Shown: positions 54,430-64,000 of the stretch, piece by piece
How positions within the stretch are numbered: position 1 is the stretch's first letter
Layout of the letters: each line of letters opens with the position of its first letter
Origin: Octopus vulgaris
Lineage: Eukaryota
Assembly: GCA_951406725.2 (NCBI GenBank)
Contig: OX597818.1
Coordinates: 35,402,001 to 35,466,000 of the forward strand
Direction of reading: 5' to 3'
DNA: 64,000 nt
Notes under the pieces: generated by a model
Seen by the model: the letters and a program-made list of their open reading frames with translations, nothing else
What the model was told of the DNA's origin: nothing
The model's database searches: none
Program-made: the position numbers and the translations under genes

Positions 54430-54681
54430 CTATGTGACACAAGCGTGCCGTGTTCTTATATTTTCGAACAGGGGAGATAAACACCTCCACCCAGCAAAGC
54501 CAGCTTCCAGAGACTAGTTTCAGAGTCTTTGCTCTTCGCCAGTCTTGAGTAGCTGTCGATGCTTATGCACCTTTGAAAACATAAGGACACAGTACGCTTG
54601 TGTCACATAGCCAACTAGAAACGGTGTTTTCTGGGGCTAAATAGCAGTAACATTCTTCCCTTTCCTGTGACTGCCACATTA
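54430..54681 (-). mobile_element. Copy 3 of the rod/hammerhead element, inverted
   Basis: rc AGA-CTGGCGA-AGAG CAAAGA CTCT-GAAA-CTAG-TC-TCT at 54509-54545, plus shared arms. Confidence 0.85.
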
Positions 54682-56706
54682 GAAAAAAATGTTGAGCTCC
54701 GTTTGTCACTGGATTTTGTTTCGTTTTCCTTATGGCCTTTATGCCACAAGAAAAGGAATGTGTATCACTGTATCATCGGCTCTTTAAATTTTTGCGTGTT
54801 TTTTTTTTTATTAATTACTGACATCAATGCTAACAAAAGTTAATGGAGACTGATGCAAATAAAGATGTGCAAATATGAAACCACACAATATTTTCTAAGA
54901 TTTGGAAATTCCTGTCATAGCTGCATAAAGGTCGAAAAATATAAAACTTGTTCGATCATAAACGGCTTCTAAAGATTTGTTGCTGGAAAATACCCGAAGC
55001 ACATGCATTTCAGTGTGAAGTAGCATTAATAGAAGGAAAACCCTAAGTTGCTTTCTCGAAGATAAAACTCCGCAAGGAAGCCACAGTGCAGAGTATACTG
55101 ACACCGACTAGGACGCGAGAAGAGCAACGCATACTCAGTTTCTGCAGGCGACCTAACACACAGCAAGAACACAAGCACTTCAAACATCAGCCCTAACTTC
55201 TTGAAACTTAACAGGCAGCAAATTCATTTAGAATTTTATCAAAGTCTCGTGAGTAAGAAAGGTTATATCACGCAAATAATTAGCGAAACGTTAATTATTT
55301 GACATTAGTGTACAATTTAATAAATGTTTCAATTATCTAAACTATGTAGAAATTATCAAGAGAGATTTAATATTCCCCAAATACGAAACACGCTTTTGAA
55401 TGGAAAATGAAATGTTATTTCTTGCCAATATATATTTGAAGCAAGAAGAATGGAAATTTTGATATGCTAAATTGGTTAGTATAACCTAATATTGTTAGCA
55501 GAGAATTGTTAAAAACTGGTGAATAATAATGTTTCAGGAAATACTATGAATAAGTTGTATTCAAATTGCTTGCCTAGACTTTTGTCTACATATAAGAAGC
55601 AATCGGTATGCAAAATGATAAATACATTACTGTGGATAAAAGAATTATATAACAGTAGATTATACAAAACAGACGACGTCCCTTTAGAACATGAGTGACG
55701 CTCCAGTTAAAATTCAAATTAGCGATTTATTTAGACTGGCGATATCTAGGATCAGTACGATTTACAAAATGGCCGAACTTCTAAGTTTAATTAAAGAGTA
55801 GGGGATTGGTAAAATTGTCAGAGCGTTGGGTACAATGCCTTGCAGGATTAATTATGATACTTTTCGTCCAGAACTCGTATTGCGCACGTTGACGTTGTTT
55901 TCATCCGTCCTGTATAGTTAAATAAAATACAGGACAAGCTCGCTTCAACTCAAATTTGAGGCTTTGTGCCCATGGTTACAATCATTTAGAAGAGAGTCGC
56001 TAAACAACAACTAGCATATGTTAGCAAATTTAAATTTCTACTGTAGAGGCAGTCTTACAAAGAAAAATCTCACTGCAGCTCATGAGAAAGACTTACATCC
56101 AAAGTAATGCTTGAACAAGTTCATCAGAAGAAGTGGAGTTTCAGATATTGCAAGCTCTGCCTGATTTGTGGGGTGGATAAGGTTGACATTCATTTCGAGT
56201 ATTTAGATGAAATTCGACTTCTGAATTTCTGTACAACATACATATCAGCACCAGATAGATTATAGCTGTTTCCGCTATAAATTATAGCTGTTTCTGCTTC
56301 ATTAATAAAATGATTTTTTTCAAATATAATCAAATCCGTTTAAATATGTAATGATGGCTTCATCAGAACGTCATATCTGCTTCAATCTTTCACGAAAAAT
56401 ATCAAGTGAAAATATTTGTAACTGCTAAAGCTTTTCGAAAACGTTTTTTAAGACCGAGCTTACTCATAAATTACCTAAATTTCTAAATTTAAGTCTATGA
56501 ATATTCAGTTCTACAACCGATTTTATTGCACAGTACACACATTCATATATACATAATTATATATATTTATATATATACACACATATACACCTATAATTTA
56601 TGTATACACACATAAACACACGTACGTATACACACATGCATATTCACATATACAAGTTTACTTATTCATCTATATATATACATATACATACACATATATA
56701 TATACA

Positions 56707-56767
<61 letters not shown>

Positions 56768-59700
56768 TACATATATACATATATATCCATATCTTATATA
56801 CATATATATTTTTTTCTTACAATATGCATACATATACAATTCATACACACATGTATCTATTTTACATCTAGCTAAATTGTTTTATATATATATATATATA
56901 TATAAAATATATATATATATAACAATGTCTGTGTATGTATGTCTATGTGTATATGTACATATAATCTTACTGAGCATGTATCTTCTATTATATAGACTGG
57001 AAAATCATTTCTTAAAAAAACCAAACAAGTAACCTAAATTTATTTTTAACGTGGCCCTACATAATATATACACCATGCAAGCTTATCAAAAGAGAAAAAA
57101 TTAGATATTCATAATGAAAATTGTTTGAAAAGTCTTCCTTTAAAATATGTGATTTCCACCCCCTCACACACGATGAATGTGGAGATCTCTATTTAAGAAA
57201 AATAGACAGTGAATTGTGGGAGAGGAAATCAAGGATTGAAACAAGCAGAGGAAGATCAGCCAATACACTAACATTCCGTGAAGAAGTTCACGAATAATAA
57301 ATATTCGAAGATGACTTATTGAAAAGGTAATGTATGTTATTGATGTTGTTCCATATCGATCGTTTGTGAACTAAACTGCAGTTGAATTTTAAGCTACTGA
57401 CGAATTTACGATGAAATATTTAACCCTTCTCTTTCACGCATGTTTTCTCCGCACTCACACACTTTTATAGCTGTGCGCAGTCCCTTTTTTTTTTGCTCAA
57501 TAGCTGCCTCATTTCTCTCCTTCCTCCTCATCCACTCTCCCAACATTGAAACACAAGCCTGCAACGTCTATTATTCGCATCATTCCGTTTTTAAAAAAAG
57601 CGTTAAAATTCTATAAGCATTATATATTCTCAAAGAACGCATAAATAAAAATTAGAATAATCAGCAATACAAAATACTAATAACATTATAATTAAGTTTC
57701 TGATATAAACGGAAAAATTTCAATATATTACTCTAAATCATGGATTATTTAATGGTCTCAAACAAAATTGTAACTATCACGATGAAGCTTCTTTCTGTTC
57801 CGGTTAAAAGTTATTATAAAGTAGTAAAAATTAGTAACCAAATTTGGGGTTATGTTTCAGCTCTCATACCATAAAGTGTATAGTTCAAACGGAAACCAAC
57901 AAATAAAATAAAGAACACTAATATTTTGTCGAGGGAATATGGGCTGTTAAGAAATGAGTGACTACCAATGTAATTGGAAACGTTTATATTTAATCTATCA
58001 CATACAAAAATAGAGAAATAACGTTTATCAAAACATCAGATACTGCAATAAATCGTTTCTTCAGACTGAAGGATATTGCCTAGATAAATTGATACGTTGT
58101 TTCCGTTAATGTTGGCTGCATAAAATAGACTTATTTACTGACGAAATTTTAGTAATATGGTGAGATAATTTAAACGTTCTGTTTGATGAGTAAAGATTCT
58201 GTTAGTTTGAGCATTTTGTTTAAATTATCAGAGTGTATACTTATCAATTAGTTGATAGGGTTCAAAATCCTTTTATCTATATATTCACACCATTTAAATC
58301 CCGCTGGTGTGATAGTAAATTTGAAATCGATGAAAGCTCGAAATAAAAGTAAAGAAACCCAAGAGGAATTACTGTTACGATGCTTGTCAGGAAAAACAAC
58401 AAATACAAATGCAGCCCAAACATCATCATCATCAACATCATCATCAGGCGGAATACTACCTTCCAATATCACCACAGCTAGCTCTACCATCAATACCACA
58501 ATCATTATCATCAAAGATAATGTAATATACAATATCATATTCCGTTTTACTCTAAATTGTTCTAGGCTTTATACTGACTAAAAGAACACTAAACATTATA
58601 TTGCAATCAAAAAAAAAAAAGAACAAATAAACAAACAGAAATTTATATTCACCGTGTGTATGTGACACCTTAATGACTACCTTGTGGCTCATGCATCTGG
58701 ATTTGAAAAACAACTGCAAGGTTACTAGTTAATGATGGAGTGATGGCTCCGAAAGAGATTAAGTGTCTAACGTCATCGCATGTTGCTCCATAATTAGAAA
58801 AACATAGTGTTTACTAAGCAGTCAATCTAAAAAGACAGCTCGTTAATGGATGCCGAACTGGAAAGGATTTATGGCAAATATAAAACCTTTGGAGAAGTGA
58901 AAATTGATTCGACAGTTTGCCATTTTGATGCGATATAAATGGAGATATGTACACATTAAACGGTCGCGAATACCATTCCTAGTATTATATTCACTTTTTA
59001 ATATCGCCGTAACAGAAGCAGGGAATTGATATAATCGGAAGAGCGACGGAATAAATGACTAGTGTTAATTAATTTGACGAGTTCAAATTGCATTAAGTTC
59101 ACATTTGCTTTGCATCGTTCTAGGGTCGATTAAATATGTAATAATCAAAAACTGAGGTTGGACGTAATCAGTTATACCCTTTACTCAAAATGTGTGGTTT
59201 AGTCGCTGTGTTATAAATTCATATTACAGCAAAGACTGACAAAATTAAGGGAGCACTTTAACAGTATTTTGTTACGTCCTCTTCACGTTTAACATTTCTT
59301 CTGATGCAGCACGGAATTTTGTCAGTGAACAGGTCGCGGTCTCAAAGCGACGAAAATATTTTGACAAATTAAATTTATATGTTGAAGTGAATCTGACGGT
59401 TTTTGTGTGTGTGTTTCTTAAATGGCTTATAAACACCTTCCACGCTGCAATTGTTTTCGTTCCAACACACGATCTCAGATCAAGTCACTTGCTATGCAAG
59501 TACATCTCCGTAATTTTATTTTTTTTGATATCGATAAAATAAGTACCAATCAGATACTGGATTTCATTACTCGATATTTATCTATCGTGATAACTTTGTT
59601 GCGTTATGCAAATGTTAGAAACAAATATTAACTAATTAGTAAAGAGACGAAATAGCTTAATAGATTCGATCCAGTAACGTTAAGCTCAAATCATCTTCAT

Positions 59701-59869
59701 ATGACATGAAGTTGCTTATATTGTGGACATGCCATCTCAGTATATAGGACTTAAAGGGAAGCCTGAGGGGTTAAGAAGTTTGGACAGGAATATTTCACCA
59801 TAGTTTATTATCGACCCAACTCCTGAATCTCAGAGTTATACACAATAAAGGAAATGAGTGTTATGTCTC

Positions 59870-59945
59870 ATTTGATTGGGGCAAACATATGATAACAAAC
59901 GCGACTGAAAACAATACCTCCGCCTTAGCGAAGGCGGAGGTAATA
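59870..59945 (-). mobile_element. Helentron/HINE-like terminal fragment with a 12-bp hairpin
   Basis: TACCTCCGCCTT-AGCG-AAGGCGGAGGTA; minus strand continues TTGTTTTCAGTCGCGTTTGT. Confidence 0.5.
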
Positions 59946-59949
59946 ATAA

Positions 59950-60960
59950 TGATTTCAAATTTTGGCACAAAGTCAGCAGTTTCAGGTAAAATGGTAGGTC
60001 GATTACATCGATTCCAGTCTTCAACTTATACTTATTTTATAGACCCCTAAAGGATGAAAGGCAAGGTGAACGTCAGTGGAATTTGAACTCAGAACATAAA
60101 GACAGACGAAGTGATGTTAATCATTTTGCTCGAATTCTTTCTACAATAAACTCAAAATGTGAAATGTGAAGGAGAGAGACAAATCAGTTACGTCTTATCC
60201 CGGTATTTTACTTGCACTTTATTTTATCGACCCTGGAAGGACGAAAGGCAAAGTTGACCTCGGTAGGATGTGAACTCAGAGCTTAAGACAGAAGAGATAA
60301 CTCTAAGCATTTTTTCCTGTAAGCTTACGATTATGATAACTTGCTGCATTTTAATAATAAAGTGATTCATTACAATTTAGCACAAGGCCAGTAAGCTTCT
60401 GGAGTACCATAGTGTTTGAGTTGTGCTGTCCTTTAAGGATGAATGTCTAAGTTGACCTTGGCGATATTTGAACTCAGGACACAGAGCAGCAAAAAAATGC
60501 TGCTCAGCATTTTGTCCGCCAGGCTAGTGATTCTGCCAGCTTGTCGCCTTTTAATTATAATAGTAACAGTTTCAAATTTTGGCACAATGCCAGCAAATTC
60601 GTGGTAGGGATAACTCGATTACATCGACCTCAGTGTTTAACTGGTACTTATTTTAACGACTACGAGATGGAAGAAAAAGCCAACCTCGGCGGAATTTGAA
60701 CATATGCCACTAAGAATTTTATTTCTGCTGAGCCTACGATTCTTTCAATTTACTGTCTTTTGCTGTGCTTTAATAATCTATTCTACTGAAGGAATAAGGC
60801 CTGACATTTGTAACATTTTGAAATTTTGACACAAGGCCAGCAATTTCGGGGGAGGAGTAACTCGATTACATCGATTCCAGTGTTTAACTGGTACTTATTT
60901 TATCGGCTCCGAAATGACGAAAGAAAAAGCCAGCCTCGACAGAATTTGAAGAAATGCGTC
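59950..60960 (-). mobile_element. Cluster of about 5 old, degenerate SINE copies
   Basis: Repeated GATTACATCGA...AGGATGAAAGGCAA...GGAATTTGAACTCAG. Confidence 0.75.
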
Positions 60961-61115
60961 TCAGCTTTTTTTTTCCGATGGGTTTACGATTCCACCTTTT
61001 GCTGTGTTATAATAATAATAGTGATATTGTATTAGCGATATTTGGGTGATACACTAAGTTGTGCCAGTAGTCAAGAAGTAAACTTCTCTCTTGTTAGCTG
61101 TTTTTGCAATTTGCA

Positions 61116-61201
<86 letters not shown>

Positions 61202-62289
61202 CTTGCGGCTATGGCGAAAGAATGTGTATGGTGGACGCATCTGAAAGGTCTAGAGACAAACATTTTCGTCTATGGTCAATCTCTCATCAACTTCTTCAAG
61301 TATCGCTTGAGGAGGAAGGCGAGAGTAGAGAGGGAAGTTTTATCTAGTGAATGTTTCAAATAAACATGGGTGAATGTAGCAAGGACGGCACGTGTGAATG
61401 ACTGAGCCAGCTTGAGCATAATCCTATGAACCAGAAGAAAAAAAAAACGAAAGGAAATATGAGAGCCACTTATTGTAATATGTTTTCTTTTCGCATGACA
61501 CTATTGCCCAAGGTTCCCGTGGTCTTTTCCGTAGGCTTTTCTATCCACGGACAAACCTAATCTGTTTTCCCTTCTTACTTTGATTCTGTGATACACAATC
61601 CCTATTGATCGACACCACCATTTTTTTTTCACGATCCCTTTTGGTCGGAATTCTAACTTTTTTTATTTCCTTCTTTTCTTCCCAAAAAGAAAAGCTCTAC
61701 TCTGTATTTTGTCCCTTCTGTGTAAAGAAATCTACCTACCTACCTATTATCCTTAGACAAGAATGTTGTTAACAGTCTTACGATGGCTTAGCTGGCCGAA
61801 TCTTTGAAGTCACTTTCAACAACATGCTTGTTTATAAGAATAATAAATTTGTGCTCAGATTAATGTAAAATTGTCTATAATAACTTAACATAGAAACAAA
61901 CATAAATCTATCTATCTATCTATCTGTCCGTATTTCTGTCACTCTTTCTCTCTGTCTATCTATCACTGTACAGAAACATTCACACATACACATACACACG
62001 TGTGTGTAAGAATGTTGTTTAAGTCTTGACCAGACCACACTTGCATGAAGAGTGCTATACATTTTAAATGCAGTGTAAATATGCATTATTCTAACATCGC
62101 ACCTTGCTGCCAGCCAAACGTTTCCTTCTATTATCACCGTATCTTGAGAAGCCGGTATATTCCAATGAACAGATCTCATAAATCTCATGAAGTCTGTATA
62201 ACAGAATATTCTGAGCTCTGATTATACTATGATAACACTTGGAGACGGTGATATGTAAGGCCTAAATCAAATCTAACACTCAAACACAG

Positions 62290-62425
62290 ACACACACACA
62301 CATGCGTATTATACATACATACATCCACACACACACGCGTATATATATATATATATAATATTATATTATATATATATGTTATATATATTATATGTATAGA
62401 TATTATATGTATATATATATTATAT

Positions 62426-62456
<31 letters not shown>

Positions 62457-62485
62457 GATATATATGTATATATATATTATATATT

Positions 62486-62534
<49 letters not shown>

Positions 62535-62786
62535 TATGCATATATATCCATATGAAAATAATATATTATGTATATATATATATATATATATGTTATATAT
62601 ATTATATATATAGCTATTATATGTATATATATTATATATATGTATATAATATATATATGCATGTATATATACATACATACATACATAATACATACATACA
62701 TACATACATACATACATACATAATACATACATAATACATACATACATACATACATACATACATACATACATACATACATACATACA

Positions 62787-62817
<31 letters not shown>

Positions 62818-62820
62818 GTG
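62290..62820. repeat. (CA)/(TA)/(TACA)n microsatellite block
   Basis: Direct reading. Confidence 0.95.
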
Positions 62821-63490
62821 TGAGTGCAGGTTTTTATCGATTTATCCATCTGTCTGCAAATTACAAAATGCAAATGGCCAACCGATATCATTTCTGGGAG
62901 TCGAATGAATATATTTTATTTTCACATTGACTTCTTGAATGTTGTGTTGGCGGTACAGGTCATGGCATTATTTTTGCAATTATTCTTGTTGTTTTTCCCC
63001 CAGCTTAGTCTTGGTTAAATAAACCTATCACCAAAGATGTATATAAAGACTATATTGCCTATTGTGTCCTTCCTTTTTATAATGTTTTATGTGTCATTGG
63101 TTAAAGATTTAGCTTCCTTTTCTAGAACGTAAGGTGCCTCGTAAAAATTTTGTCGAGTAATTGTGTACAGTAATTGATTTTAATTTACCTGTTTGTTTTT
63201 TTTTTACCAAAATATTAGACTTAGCAAAGCGACTTTCGTATCAACGAGGTAAAAGGTTATAAAACTTAGACAACCTGAATTTCTTGAAGTTAGCTAAATA
63301 AAGGATTAGAAACATTTCACTATTCTTTTACTTGTTTCAAGCATTAGACTGCAGCCATGCTGGAGCACCGCCTTGAATTCTTAGCCGAAATAGCATTAGA
63401 TTGGCATGCTAATTTCGCATAGAAATCAATGCTTACTCCATCGCGGGTGGTGAAGCTGAATTTTTGCCTGTCGGTATTTAAAGAGTTTAA

Positions 63491-63721
63491 GGCGGTGAGC
63501 TGGCGGAAACGTTAGGACGCCGGGTGAAATGCGTAGCCGTATTTCGTCTGCCGCTACGTTCTGAGTTCAAATTCCGCCGAGGTAGACTTTGCCTTTCATC
63601 CTTTCGGGGTCGATAAATTAAGTACCAGTTACGCACTGGGGTCGATATAATCGACTTAATCCGTTTGTCTGTCCTTGTTTGTCCCCTCTATGTTTAGCCC
63701 CTTGTGGGTAATAAAGAAACA
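63491..63721 (+). mobile_element. Full-length tRNA-derived SINE
   Basis: GGCGGTGAGCTGGCGGAAACGTTAGG...GAGTTCAAATTCCGCC...GGGTAATAAAGAAAC; imperfect flanking repeat GGTATTTA.AG.GTTTA. Confidence 0.9.
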
Positions 63722-63958
63722 GGTATTTATAGCGTTTACCATAGTAATCCGTAAAATGGTAATGTGAAAATTATAAAATAATTAATGTTTCCAGACGCAA
63801 TTTAAAACCAAAATAGGAAATGATTCACCGTCACTAAAATGGTTGTCTCTATAGAACATGTGCTTTCTGTGGCTAAAGAGTCTCTGACTCTTGTTTCTAG
63901 CAATGTCAGTGCTCCATACACCCTCGGTCCCTTTTTAGTGAGGGGGAATTATGTATCT

Positions 63959-64000
<42 letters not shown>

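Noticed and set aside
56097-56190. ATG-initiated minus-strand frame ending at a GTAAGT donor in phase 1 (possible alternative first exon)
   Set aside because: No signal-peptide character and no supporting promoter evidence.
58248-58581. Ser/Thr-rich and Asp-rich ORFs on both strands
   Set aside because: Driven by (CAT)n low-complexity sequence, with no domain or splice support.
61990-62193. Minus-strand ORF DTVIIEGNVWLAARCDV...VVWSR, faintly resembling an alternative Ig2-N exon
   Set aside because: Cys-to-Trp spacing is 22 residues versus 15 in the real exon, and there is no convincing phase-1 donor; probably chance. TBLASTN or RNA-seq would settle it.

Overview
AT-rich, microsatellite-dense animal genomic DNA. 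The SINE families and repeat style point to a coleoid cephalopod, probably Octopus (inference). The only host gene I can support is a Dscam-family cell-adhesion gene on the minus strand. It has seven phase-1/phase-1 exons (48443-48601, 47216-47362, 43909-44196, 40578-40847, 38598-38894, 36218-36328, 11025-11183), 1431 nt in total, which splice in frame to give Ig2-Ig6. Two of these exons are absent from the ORF track. Ig1 and Ig7 onward were not found in the window. The rest is intronic or repeat sequence: a near-intact CR1-group LINE preceded by a modular palindromic tandem array and a compact Myb/SANT (trihelix) ORF, a Penelope-like element with inverted pseudo-LTRs, mariner and DD37D fossils, hAT, pogo and mariner MITEs, Helitron/Helentron fragments and many tRNA-derived SINEs. 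The most striking hidden signal is at least six unrelated families of minimal type-I hammerhead-ribozyme motifs, several with variant cores. One is a ~370-nt element that folds into a near-continuous rod with a hammerhead at its apex, present in three copies, one of them flanked by a 20-bp direct repeat. All folds and alignments were read by eye and none was computed.
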